From positions 1 to 64,000 of the forward strand of contig JBDRQD010000021.1 in the NCBI GenBank assembly GCA_043826455.1: DNA of 64,000 bases, written 5' to 3'. Position 1 is the first letter of the stretch. The number at the start of each line of letters is the position of its first letter. The translations under genes and the position numbers were made by a program. Below the pieces are notes generated by a model. It saw only the letters and a program-made list of their open reading frames with translations. It ran no database searches and had not been told where the DNA came from. Of the stretch, positions 38,752 through 48,008 are shown piece by piece. This stretch comes from Candidatus Bathyarchaeota archaeon. GTDB taxonomy: Archaea > Thermoproteota > Bathyarchaeia > TCS64.

Positions 38752-39786
38752 TCAGTTTGCTCCGAGGCAGGTGACCTTGGAGGGCTTCCCCTCTCCCCCT
38801 TTCACGTTGAACCTGGCCCCCGTGAATGTCTCGGCCAGCCTGATGGCTGTGAGGGTGTGGAGGGTGAGCTCGCAGGTGGTGAAGCTGGACTCACCCTCAG
38901 CGAGGGACATGGGGAGGATGAGGTGGTCGGATGTGTGGGGGTCCACCTGCTTCCCTGCGACTACTAGGTTAATCATGGTCTCCGCGGCCTCTGAGCCCAC
39001 CTTCTCAGCCGGCTTACCCCTCTCCCCTAGGCAGCAGGCCCCCAGGTAACCTGCATCAGCCCAGAGGCAGATGAAGCTTCCAGGGGACAGCGGGGAGTCT
39101 CTGCCCTCCAGGGAGATGGCGTCCATCCTGGGCTTGAGCCTAGCCCGCTTCAATGCGTCCTGGGCCGCCTTTGCCTGCCTCAGAGCGACATGCTCTGGCA
39201 GCCTCCCGCAAACAGATAAGCCGTACACCTCCTTCACTGGTTGCTGATCCACTCTTAGGGGCGTGAGCCGTTCAACCGGCTCGATGTGGGCCTCCACCTG
39301 TCCTCCCCCCTTGGGGTAGAAGCCGTGGTGAAGCACTTTCAGCCTGCAGTTGATGCCCATGGCCTCGAATGCCCTCCACACAACCTTCTCCATGAATGTG
39401 GTTGGTGGGCTCCACCTGACCGCTGTCCCGCCGATGATGTTCAGTTTGACGGGCCCATCGGCGGAGGCAGCTATCGGTGTTAGGCACTGGAGGAGGAGGG
39501 TTACGCTGCCTGCAGTTCCTATGTCGAAGCTGTATTCGCCTCCGCGGATGGGGCCCGGCTTGAACCATATCTCCCTGGACCCGGGCCTGGCTCCAGTGAG
39601 CTCGGCCCTACACATCTCCGCCGCTGCCTGGAGGGTTGTGAGGTGCTGGGGCTTCAGGCCGGGGTCGCTCCGCCCCGCCCTGATATCAGTGACGTGTATC
39701 GGCTCGCCCCTTATTGCGCTGTAGGCGGTGGCCATGCGTAGGAGCTGGCCGCCCCCCTCCATCATGGAGCCGTCCACCTCTATCAT
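38752..39786 (-). CDS. rtcA: RNA 3'-terminal phosphate cyclase
   Basis: IEVDGS..EGGGQ.LR, IRA.R..PGL.PQH, TAGS, GFYPKGGG, D.H.SDHL; start ATG 39786. Confidence 0.95.
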   Translation of the reverse strand: MIEVDGSMMEGGGQLLRMATAYSAIRGEPIHVTDIRAGRSDPGLKPQHLTTLQAAAEMCRAELTGARPGSREIWFKPGPIRGGEYSFDIGTAGSVTLLLQCLTPIAASADGPVKLNIIGGTAVRWSPPTTFMEKVVWRAFEAMGINCRLKVLHHGFYPKGGGQVEAHIEPVERLTPLRVDQQPVKEVYGLSVCGRLPEHVALRQAKAAQDALKRARLKPRMDAISLEGRDSPLSPGSFICLWADAGYLGACCLGERGKPAEKVGSEAAETMINLVVAGKQVDPHTSDHLILPMSLAEGESSFTTCELTLHTLTAIRLAETFTGARFNVKGGEGKPSKVTCLGAN

Positions 39787-39794
39787 GGGGGCAC

Positions 39795-40460
39795 CTACTC
39801 TGCGCGGCCCCCGCAGAACCTGGGCAGAATGTCTCTTGCCACTGACGATGCTTGGGACAGGGTGTGCAGGGTGATGCCCGGTGAACCACACATGAGCATC
39901 AGCACGTTCACCGTCTTGAGTGTGACCTTGCTGTGGTCAGCGTCCCTGTACGGGTATATGGCCACCAGCCTGTCCCCGTCCTCTATGACGGCTTCTCCGC
40001 CGGTTAGGATCACAGGCTTCTCCATGCCTATTCCCGTGAACTCCTCCCCTGTCGTGGCTTCCCTCATGAGCAGCTCGCCGCCCAGGAGGTCCGTGTCGAA
40101 ACTAGCAATGGGGATGGCTGTCTCCATGCTGACCAGGTTATAGGCGTCAACCCAGGTGTTGATCCTGGGTATGGGGCTGTCCCTGAGGACGCGCCTGATG
40201 AGGGCCTCGGCGGCGGGCCTGTTCTTGGTGGGGTCTATGCCCAGCCTCCAGAAGAAGTCCCTGTAGGCCCTGAACATGGGGTCGTCGCGGAGCTGGTCCA
40301 GGTTCCACCTCTCCTTGAGCCGCAGCGCAACCATGTCCTTGTACTCCTCCAACCGCTGGTCCTGCCGTTCTACATGGACGCCCCTGAAGTGGATGATCTC
40401 GGCGTTCAGGTCCGGGAACCTCTCCCTTAGCCTTGGGTCCAGCCTGAGGTACCTACTCAT
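39795..40460 (-). CDS. Stand-alone B3/4 (PheT editing-like) domain protein
   Basis: AYRDFF..LGIDPTK.RP..EAL.RR, PRIN..VD.YN..S, YPYRD. Confidence 0.9.
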   Translation of the reverse strand: MSRYLRLDPRLRERFPDLNAEIIHFRGVHVERQDQRLEEYKDMVALRLKERWNLDQLRDDPMFRAYRDFFWRLGIDPTKNRPAAEALIRRVLRDSPIPRINTWVDAYNLVSMETAIPIASFDTDLLGGELLMREATTGEEFTGIGMEKPVILTGGEAVIEDGDRLVAIYPYRDADHSKVTLKTVNVLMLMCGSPGITLHTLSQASSVARDILPRFCGGRAE

Positions 40461-40995
40461 CTTGAATCTTCCTGTGGTTGGAGTCCGACTTGGCCAGATC
40501 CCTTATCCGGTTCCCTCCATCGATCTCCTGCACTATCCTGTAGACCTCCGGGGGCACCAGGTCGCTCCAGTCCTCAGCCTCCAGTATCCTGCGCCTGATC
40601 TCGGTGGCCTCGTACTTGCCCCGCTCATACATCTCTATGCGCCGAACCTCGTAACCGGCCTCTATCAGGAGCCTCCTGGTGAGGCTCTGGTTACTGTATA
40701 CAGTATCGAAGCGGGGGGTCTGACTCTCCACGGCGCTCACCCAGACTCTGTGGGCGGGGGCGTCGGGTATCGGGATGATGAGGTACCTGTCGGATGGAAC
40801 GCCCGCCGCATCCAGCGCGGCCCTGATCATCTCCAGGCGCTCACCCGCGGTGAAGGGGTTGTCAGGCTCGTGGCTCATCTGGGCGCTGCCCACCACCAGC
40901 ACCAGCTCGTCGCACTCCTTGAGTATTGTCTGGACGGCGTGGAGGTGCCCATAGTGAAAGGGCTGGAACCTGCCTACGAATAATGCGCGCGTCAA
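40453..40995 (-). CDS. nadM: Nicotinamide-nucleotide adenylyltransferase
   Basis: GRFQPFHYGH, GSAQ.SH..DNPFTAGER, ATEIRR. Confidence 0.95.
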   Translation of the reverse strand: MTRALFVGRFQPFHYGHLHAVQTILKECDELVLVVGSAQMSHEPDNPFTAGERLEMIRAALDAAGVPSDRYLIIPIPDAPAHRVWVSAVESQTPRFDTVYSNQSLTRRLLIEAGYEVRRIEMYERGKYEATEIRRRILEAEDWSDLVPPEVYRIVQEIDGGNRIRDLAKSDSNHRKIQDE

Positions 40996-41124
40996 CCTTC
41001 TCCCTCTTTGTTTCTAGGAGGGCGGAGGGGGTTTATGTGTTTTCCCCGTGTTCTAAGAGGTTGAACACATGTTCTAAACACTGGGATTATACTATACTCG
41101 TGCGTATGGTGTGGCGGTGAAAAC

Positions 41125-42462
41125 ATGAACCGAAAAGTAAGCACGCTCATCGCGTTAATGATAGTCGGCGCCTTACCGGCGTTCAGCCTATACACATCGG
41201 CAGTCAGCCTGTCCGCCTGGAGTCCCGGCCAAGAGTTCACGGCGGATGGCGCCGTGTCCACAGCCAAGACCTACCTCAAGGGTATGCCCACCTACGCCTT
41301 CGACGGTATGGCGGACACCATTGAGTTGGTGAAGGTTGAGCCCCTAAGGATGCTTAACACCTGGGAGGTGACCATAGCCTTCACATCCAGGCACAGCGGC
41401 TACGGTTACAGGGCGGGCCAGATGCTGGCCCAGGTGTTGACCTCCCACGTCACACGGATCGTTGTGAGTGAGGGCCGCGTCATAAGGGCTGTCACCGACG
41501 AGGCGTTCGACGAGATGGAGGAGAGGATGCTGCCCACGGGCGACACCACGGCGGAGGAGGCGGAGAGCATCGCCCTCAGCTTCCTCAGGGACTCTCCTAC
41601 CTTCAAGTTCGACGGCATCGAGGCTTCGATAAGCGTCAGCGAGGTGTTCGTCATGGAGAGCTACCCGGTCCAGTACGCCTTCATGGTGACCTTCGAGTGC
41701 AGCCACCCAGGGTACGGTGACAGGGCCGGTCAGGTACTGGCCCAGGTCATCACACCCCACGAGATCAGGATCGTGGTGAGCGCAGGCGAGGTCCTCAGCG
41801 CGGTAATCGACGGCGAGTGGGACGAACTGAACCAAGCCGAAGAGGTGAGGTCGGAGTTTCTCCCCCCGGAGATGGCCCGAGATTTGGCCCTGAGGTACAT
41901 CTTGGAGAACTTCCCTCAGCTGGCTGAGATGGCTGTCCCCGAGGAATGGGAGTTCACAGACCTGACCCCGGAGGGTCTTCTGGGTGCCAGCACCTACAGG
42001 TACACAGGCCTAGACTGGAGCGTGACCGTACGCTTCATGGTGGTGCTTGAGCCAGGCTACACCGTGTCAGTGGAGTACAGCGACGACCCGGAGTTCACCT
42101 GGGGAGGCGAAGTGGACCAGAGCTCAATGGTGACCGAAACCTCCACCAGCCTGACCCCAGCCCCCACCGGGATACTGAGCCCCGAGGAGGCCAGGGACTT
42201 GGCAGTGGAGTACGTCCAGGCCAACTACCCTGAACTGGAGACACTCAAGGCGCCAACCAACTGGGAGATACAAAACCTAACACCAGAGGGACTGCTGGGC
42301 CACAGCACCCTCCAGCATACCTCCGGTGAATGGACCGTCAAGATCGGGTACCCTGTGGTCTGGAAGCCCACCTACCGGGTGGAGATCACCATCGACGGCG
42401 AGCCCAGCTTCACGTGGGCAGGGACCGTTGCCCAGGATGGCACGGTCTCCACCGCCAAGTAA
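41125..42462 (+). CDS. Secreted acidic protein with two pairs of internal domain repeats
   Basis: Signal peptide; repeat A x2 (PT..FDG...H.GYG.R.GQ.LAQV.T.H); repeat B x2 (PE.ARDLA...LTPEGLLG...FTW.G.V). Confidence 0.85.
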   Translation: MNRKVSTLIALMIVGALPAFSLYTSAVSLSAWSPGQEFTADGAVSTAKTYLKGMPTYAFDGMADTIELVKVEPLRMLNTWEVTIAFTSRHSGYGYRAGQMLAQVLTSHVTRIVVSEGRVIRAVTDEAFDEMEERMLPTGDTTAEEAESIALSFLRDSPTFKFDGIEASISVSEVFVMESYPVQYAFMVTFECSHPGYGDRAGQVLAQVITPHEIRIVVSAGEVLSAVIDGEWDELNQAEEVRSEFLPPEMARDLALRYILENFPQLAEMAVPEEWEFTDLTPEGLLGASTYRYTGLDWSVTVRFMVVLEPGYTVSVEYSDDPEFTWGGEVDQSSMVTETSTSLTPAPTGILSPEEARDLAVEYVQANYPELETLKAPTNWEIQNLTPEGLLGHSTLQHTSGEWTVKIGYPVVWKPTYRVEITIDGEPSFTWAGTVAQDGTVSTAK

Positions 42463-42475
42463 ACCCCTCTTTTCC

Positions 42476-43339
42476 TTATTTTTTCATGCTTCTAGGTATG
42501 CCCGACTCGCATGGGACGCTGGTCTGGCAGAAGCCACACCCGTAGCCGTCGAACCCGTAGTGGCGGGTCACGTACTGCTTGGTCATGTCCACGTACATGG
42601 AGCATGTGCGCTTGTCGTGGCCGTCCCGGGTGATGGCCCCTATAGGGCAACGGTCCATGCACTTGCCGCAGGTTCCCTCGCTGTAGAAGAGGCAGTAGGC
42701 GTGGTGGTCGGTGTAGGGGCGGGGGCTGGGCTTAACGTAGATGTTGGCGACGACGCTGCCCGTCCTCATGGCCTTACCGACCGGCGTGATGAGGCCGTCG
42801 CTGAGGCCGAAGGTGCCCAGGCCCGCCGCGTAGGCGGCGTGGCGCTCGCTCCAGGTGGAGGCGTTGGCGTACTTCTCGGAGGTTGCCGGCTTCCACAGGG
42901 GTGAAAGCATGGGGGCCACGGCATCCACGCCCTCGTCGCTCAGCCTCTTCACAAGGTGGCGCCTCAGCTTCACGTTCACCTTCTCCCCCATGATCCTGCT
43001 GCGGGCCCACCTCTCGCTGGGGAAGTTGGTCTCCTCCCTGTGGTCCCGCTTGGTGGCCTCCGTCTGCGGCAGTATCCAGCTTATGACGGTGAGCTCCTCT
43101 GCCTTGAACCTCTTGTCGGGATAGGCGTGGCCAATAAACTCCAAGGGCGAGACATAGAAGGAGCCTATGTCATCCTTGTAGAACCCGTAGAGGGGGTCGG
43201 CGCCGCCGCTGAACCCCACCAGGGGCTCGGCCCAAGCAGGCTCGTCGCCCCACTTCTCCAATGTGTTCTCCGGAGACGCCGTGAAATCCTTGACGACGCC
43301 GGTTATCCACCCGGCGGGGTCGCCGCGAAGATCAGACAT
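42476..43339 (-). CDS. QueG-like / reductive-dehalogenase-fold 4Fe-4S protein
   Basis: WSERHAAYAAGLGTFGL, CGKC..RCP, C....CG.CQT.VPC. Confidence 0.85.
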   Translation of the reverse strand: MSDLRGDPAGWITGVVKDFTASPENTLEKWGDEPAWAEPLVGFSGGADPLYGFYKDDIGSFYVSPLEFIGHAYPDKRFKAEELTVISWILPQTEATKRDHREETNFPSERWARSRIMGEKVNVKLRRHLVKRLSDEGVDAVAPMLSPLWKPATSEKYANASTWSERHAAYAAGLGTFGLSDGLITPVGKAMRTGSVVANIYVKPSPRPYTDHHAYCLFYSEGTCGKCMDRCPIGAITRDGHDKRTCSMYVDMTKQYVTRHYGFDGYGCGFCQTSVPCESGIPRSMKK

Positions 43340-43411
43340 GGCTCTGTTACCGCAAGCGCTTTATTTAAACGGGGACATGGAACCTCTTAACCCACATCTG
43401 AGGCACCGAGG

Positions 43412-43987
43412 TTGGAGTATCTTTTCCTTTCATGGGGCGACATCCAGCGGCTCTCAGAGGAGCTGGCCGACAAGGTGGCGGAGAGCGGCTTCACGCCCGA
43501 CGTGCTGGTGGCCGTGAGCAGGGGCGGCTTCGACCCAGCCAGGATCCTCAGCGACCAGCTGGGAGTCAGGAGGCTTGCCAGCCTCCAGGTGGTCTACTAC
43601 ACTGGGGTGAACGAGAGGTCCGAGGTGCCCGAGGTCCGGTACCCGCTGAACGCCGACGTCAGGGGGCTCCGGGTGCTGGTTGTGGACGACGTTGCCGACA
43701 GCGGCAACAGCCTCAGGCTTGTGAGGGAGTACGTGGAGGGCCTGGGGGCGGCGGAGGTGAAGGTGGCCACTCTCCACCATAAGCCGTGGAGCGTGTACCG
43801 GCCCGACTACTACGCGGAGGAGGTGGAGAAGTGGATCATCTACCCCTGGGAGGTGAAGGAGAGCGTCCAGCTGCTGAGGCAGAGCCTCCTCAAGACGGGG
43901 GTGCCTGAGGAGGAGCTGGGCGCCCGCCTCATGGAGATCGGTTTCACCCTCCACGAGCTCAAGCGGTATCTTAACATGAATAATTAA
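43412..43987 (+). CDS. Purine phosphoribosyltransferase family protein
   Basis: VSRGG, VLVVDDVADSG.S, PDYY, WIIYPWE. Confidence 0.92.
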   Translation: MEYLFLSWGDIQRLSEELADKVAESGFTPDVLVAVSRGGFDPARILSDQLGVRRLASLQVVYYTGVNERSEVPEVRYPLNADVRGLRVLVVDDVADSGNSLRLVREYVEGLGAAEVKVATLHHKPWSVYRPDYYAEEVEKWIIYPWEVKESVQLLRQSLLKTGVPEEELGARLMEIGFTLHELKRYLNMNN

Positions 43988-44041
43988 ATGAAATGTGTCC
44001 GGGTTAGCTCCCGACGCTTAGGCTCTGCGTAACATCGTGGG

Positions 44042-44278
44042 CTACTGGATCTCTTCCAGGGCCTCGGCGGCGGCCTCCTGGGCCTGGGCCAGCAGGTCGC
44101 CCTTGATGATGGTGGTAACGTAACCGGCTATCCTATTGCGGAGCTTCTTGGAGACCTCTAGGTTGATCTGCTTCAGGAACTGCTTGTTGGCCTCAAACTC
44201 TAAACCGAAGCTGTAGGGGTATCTGTCAATTAATTCGAGGCTGATCCTCTTCACCATCTCTGTGCGTACTTTACCCAA
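44042..44278 (-). CDS. rps17e: 30S ribosomal protein S17e (eS17)
   Basis: (M)GKVRT..VKR, FE.NK, SKKLRNRIAGYVT; TTG start at 44278. Confidence 0.95.
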   Translation of the reverse strand: MGKVRTEMVKRISLELIDRYPYSFGLEFEANKQFLKQINLEVSKKLRNRIAGYVTTIIKGDLLAQAQEAAAEALEEIQ

Positions 44279-44310
44279 GTTCACTGCACCGCATCGTTTT
44301 GCGTCTCTAC

Positions 44311-46323
44311 TCAACTGCGCCGTACTTTTAAACGTTTACCCTGCCCCGTCTGGGTGAGTCTTATCTGGTCCAAGGATACGCTTGTGGCTTCTCCCTGGAG
44401 GAGGCCCCGTAGCTCAAGGTCTGTGGAGACGGTGGTTAGGGTGAAGTTGAGGGTGAGGGGCTGCCACGTGTCAGCGCCGGTGAAGTTCATGGGGCCCACG
44501 GTGGCGTTGGCGAGGGTCACGCCGCCGCTGCGGGCGTCTATGGTCAATGCGCCGGTGTCGTTGAGGGCCCCGATCTTTAGGGTGAAGGTGGCCGTGTAGT
44601 TGCCCTCTGGGGCTATTACGTAGGGGCCGTACCATATTGTCCTGGTTCTGTGGGTCATGTTCACGTAGGCTAAGGCGGACCCTGAACTGGCTGTGGGGTC
44701 GGGGGCGACCTTCCCGTTCATGGCTATGAGGTCCAGAGGAGTGTAGGTCTCGTTCATTGGTTCGTAGATGGCTGGGCCGTCAGGAGGGGGGAGGCCGTAA
44801 AGGTAGACGTTGTCGAAGCATGCGTGGAGGCTGTAGTTGTACCGTTTTACCAGGGTGAACGCGGTCTCGGCTGTGCCGTGGGGGTCTGTCTCCAGGTCCA
44901 CCACTATGTAGTCTGTTTGGAGCCCCATGGTGATGTTCATGGCTCTCCGCCACGTCTCAGGGTCCAGGCTTATCTCTGGGACTATGACGTAGGCGTGCTC
45001 CCTGTTGGATACGTGGGGGAACAGGTTGTCCTGGGCCAATATGGAGGCGTTCCGGGGGATCCGTGCCAGCACCTCTTGGAGTCGCTGGTTTCTGGGGTCG
45101 GCTGACGGCTTGATGTATGAAGGGCTGAGGCTGAAGCCGTCTGTGAGGGGGCTTAGTGGGCTCAGGGTGACGCTCGACGCTGCGCCCACTACTAGGAGGG
45201 TGATGAAGAGCCTGCTGAGGGCGCGGTTTTCGCCTCCTCTGAGGGCTAGTTTGAGGTGGTCCAGGCCTTTGATGAAGCCCGCATATATGGTTGGGATGAT
45301 GTAGGCGGGGTACTGGAACCCTAGCCTATAGTATGGAGGGTAGTTGGATAAGAGAGACACGGCGATCCAGGGCAGGGCGGCGACCAGTGGGGTGGGCGCG
45401 AGGGCGAGGGGCAGGGCGTAGGGGAAGGTCAGGCCAAGCAAGTACGCCGCCTTCTCTGACCAGTCATGGGCCAAAGCTCTCATGGCTCTGAGGGGGTCTC
45501 TTGCCGCGGCAGATATGATGCCTGACGGGGACTCTGCCCCCAGGACCGTGAAGTGTTGCCCGGCCTTAAGGTGTTCAGGTATCTCGGGGTTGAAGTAGCC
45601 TATCACTTGGGTCGATAGGAGTATCCAGCCCACGGATGCTATGGTAAGTGTCGCGGCCACCAGAAACCTCTTTTTTTTCTCCTCACGCATCCATAATGTT
45701 CTTTCTTTGACGGTTGTAGCCGTCAGGTAGGCAGCGTACCCTATTATGAAGTAGGCTACCTGCTCCTGGATTGTGAGGGAGAGCAGGCTTGCTATGATGG
45801 TGCTCCTCCATTTCCTCGCCTCTATGTAATATAGGACGTAGTTGAACGCCAACGGGATGAAGGCTTGAACGTGGAAGTCGTACGAGTTGACGCCGTGGAG
45901 AGCCGGGTTCATGAGGTAGAGGACTACTATCATAGCTGAATGCTTCTCGGCGAAGTGCAGCTTGGCGGCGAGGTAGATTGGGTACGCCGATACTCCCAGG
46001 ATGAAGGACTGGGCGATTAGGAGAGTCACCGCAGACTGGTTGAGGTAGTATATGGGTATGAGGATGAAGAGTATGGGGCTGAAGTGGACGCCAAAAAAGC
46101 TGCCCGACTCCACGAGGTGGAGCTCACAGGTGTAGTAGAATAACTTGTTTAGGTTGACTGTGGTCCATAGGGCCTGGTCGAATATCCCCAGGTCCCACGC
46201 GAAGGTGCTAAACGAATAGTGTTTTGAGACCGTGAACCATGAGAAGACGAGGGAGTAGACAACTATTGAAGAAAAGACTACGAGATCATATTTTGACAGA
46301 CCGCGGTTAGCTAGGAATCCCAT
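44311..46323 (-). CDS. DUF2079 family membrane protein (GT-C-like glycosyltransferase)
   Basis: WDLGIFDQALW, F.VHFSPIL, YDFH, FQY; multi-TM with extracellular C-terminal beta domain. Confidence 0.85.
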   Translation of the reverse strand: MGFLANRGLSKYDLVVFSSIVVYSLVFSWFTVSKHYSFSTFAWDLGIFDQALWTTVNLNKLFYYTCELHLVESGSFFGVHFSPILFILIPIYYLNQSAVTLLIAQSFILGVSAYPIYLAAKLHFAEKHSAMIVVLYLMNPALHGVNSYDFHVQAFIPLAFNYVLYYIEARKWRSTIIASLLSLTIQEQVAYFIIGYAAYLTATTVKERTLWMREEKKKRFLVAATLTIASVGWILLSTQVIGYFNPEIPEHLKAGQHFTVLGAESPSGIISAAARDPLRAMRALAHDWSEKAAYLLGLTFPYALPLALAPTPLVAALPWIAVSLLSNYPPYYRLGFQYPAYIIPTIYAGFIKGLDHLKLALRGGENRALSRLFITLLVVGAASSVTLSPLSPLTDGFSLSPSYIKPSADPRNQRLQEVLARIPRNASILAQDNLFPHVSNREHAYVIVPEISLDPETWRRAMNITMGLQTDYIVVDLETDPHGTAETAFTLVKRYNYSLHACFDNVYLYGLPPPDGPAIYEPMNETYTPLDLIAMNGKVAPDPTASSGSALAYVNMTHRTRTIWYGPYVIAPEGNYTATFTLKIGALNDTGALTIDARSGGVTLANATVGPMNFTGADTWQPLTLNFTLTTVSTDLELRGLLQGEATSVSLDQIRLTQTGQGKRLKVRRS

Positions 46324-46547
46324 TCAGATGGTGCCTTCCACTGTTCTCGGCATAACGCTTGTGTAACCGCCCTACTAACCTAGAACTCTGATACTTTACA
46401 GCACCCTATGAGTTGAGTTTCAGTCACTGTTATGTTGGTGGCTGAAGCTTAATTCAGGGAAAAGGGCATCGGAGAACACTTCGAGATGAATCCCTCCCGA
46501 TAATTGTATAAAGGGTCTTGGATATAGTTTCATCAAGGTGTCACGGT

Positions 46548-47549
46548 TTGAAGTTTAAACGGTATGTCTCGTGCATCGACACCCACTGCAGCGGCGAGGC
46601 CACCAGGATACTGGTGGGCGGCGTCCCCAAGCTGGTGGGTAAGACCATGCAGGAGAAGCAGGACTACTTCAAGGAGCATTACCACAGCCTCCTGGGAACC
46701 ATGCTGAAGGAGCCGCGGGGCTTCGAGGGCATGCTGGGTGCGGTGCTCACCGAGCCCTGCCACCCTGAGGCAGACGTGGGTGTCATCTACCTGTGGACCG
46801 ACGGCTACTTCAGCGCCTGCGGTGACAGCACCTACAGCTGCTCGGCGGCGCTGGTGAACACCGGCATGGTGGACGTGAAGGAGCCTGTGACGGATATTAC
46901 CTTCGACACGGTGGCCGGCCTAGTCCGCACCAAGGTGGAGGTTAAGGACGGCGTAGCCAAGGCCATATACATGCAGGGGGTTCCCAGCTTCTTCTGGAAG
47001 ACCATGAAGTTCGACATCCCCGACGTGGGGGAAGTCGAAGCCGACATAGCCTATGGGGGCCTGTGGTACGCCTTCGTGGACGCGGACAAGATCGGGTTGA
47101 AGCCGGCGCTGGAGAACAAGGACCAGTGGATTCCCTTGGGCTGGAAGATGAGGAACTATATCGCCGACAAGATCAAGGTGGACCACCCAGAGTACCCCAA
47201 CCTGAACATCCTGGACCTGGTGACATTCTACACCAAGCCCAGCAAGAAGGAGTACACCAGCAGGCACTGGAACGTCTTCGGCCCCAAGCAGACCTGCAGG
47301 AGCCCCGCGGGGACCTGCACCAACGCCAGGATGGCCGCCATGTACGGTAAGGGTCAGCTGAAGCCGGGCCAGGAGATGGTGTTCGAGTCCACTATCGGGA
47401 CTCTGATGTACGGGAAGATCGCCAAGGAGACGAAGGTGGGTAAGTACAAGGCCATAGTGCCGGACGTTATGGCGACGGCATACATCACGGGCTTCAACCA
47501 GGTGGTGATAGACCCGGACGACCCGCTGAAGGCCGGGTTCCTCCTCTAA
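46548..47549 (+). CDS. Proline racemase / hydroxyproline epimerase family protein with non-canonical active site
   Basis: IDTH..GE.TR, EPRG, CG, DIAYGG..YA, RSP.GT.T.AR, AYITG, D.DDPL..GF; TTG start inferred. Confidence 0.9.
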   Translation: MKFKRYVSCIDTHCSGEATRILVGGVPKLVGKTMQEKQDYFKEHYHSLLGTMLKEPRGFEGMLGAVLTEPCHPEADVGVIYLWTDGYFSACGDSTYSCSAALVNTGMVDVKEPVTDITFDTVAGLVRTKVEVKDGVAKAIYMQGVPSFFWKTMKFDIPDVGEVEADIAYGGLWYAFVDADKIGLKPALENKDQWIPLGWKMRNYIADKIKVDHPEYPNLNILDLVTFYTKPSKKEYTSRHWNVFGPKQTCRSPAGTCTNARMAAMYGKGQLKPGQEMVFESTIGTLMYGKIAKETKVGKYKAIVPDVMATAYITGFNQVVIDPDDPLKAGFLL

Positions 47550-47560
47550 AAACCCTTTTT

Positions 47561-47878
47561 TTATTGTTTTATGAGCATCTCGGGGGCGTGCTCTTTGAGT
47601 AGAGCCTCCACTTTCTCGAACTCTCCCAGGGTCTTGGTGCCCTTCTTGGTGACCCCGTAGGAGTCCGTCTTCTGGCCCCTCTCGTTGTACTCCTGCTCCA
47701 GGAACCCCTGGCTCACCAACTGGTCGATGACCTCCTTTGCCCTCTTATTGTTGAGGTACGTGGACTCCACCACGTCCATCAGGGAGCTCCTGCCGTCCTT
47801 GATGGTCCTCAATATGTGCATGGAGGTCTGGTACTTGGAGTGCCTCGCGGACATACGTTGCAGGGTTGAACTGAACAT
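47561..47878 (-). CDS. Winged helix-turn-helix protein
   Basis: IL..I.......V....LN......I..L...G.L....Y.VT.KG. Confidence 0.8.
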   Translation of the reverse strand: MFSSTLQRMSARHSKYQTSMHILRTIKDGRSSLMDVVESTYLNNKRAKEVIDQLVSQGFLEQEYNERGQKTDSYGVTKKGTKTLGEFEKVEALLKEHAPEMLIKQ

Positions 47879-48008
47879 AATTAAAGGATTGTTTACCCCT
47901 GTTCGGTATCTCAGCTACATATGAGAACGGATGAGCAGCGGTGTTCGACGGAAAACCCCAGACTGTTAAATAGGAGATGCCATGCAGTTGATGAGAGTGT
48001 GAATCAAC

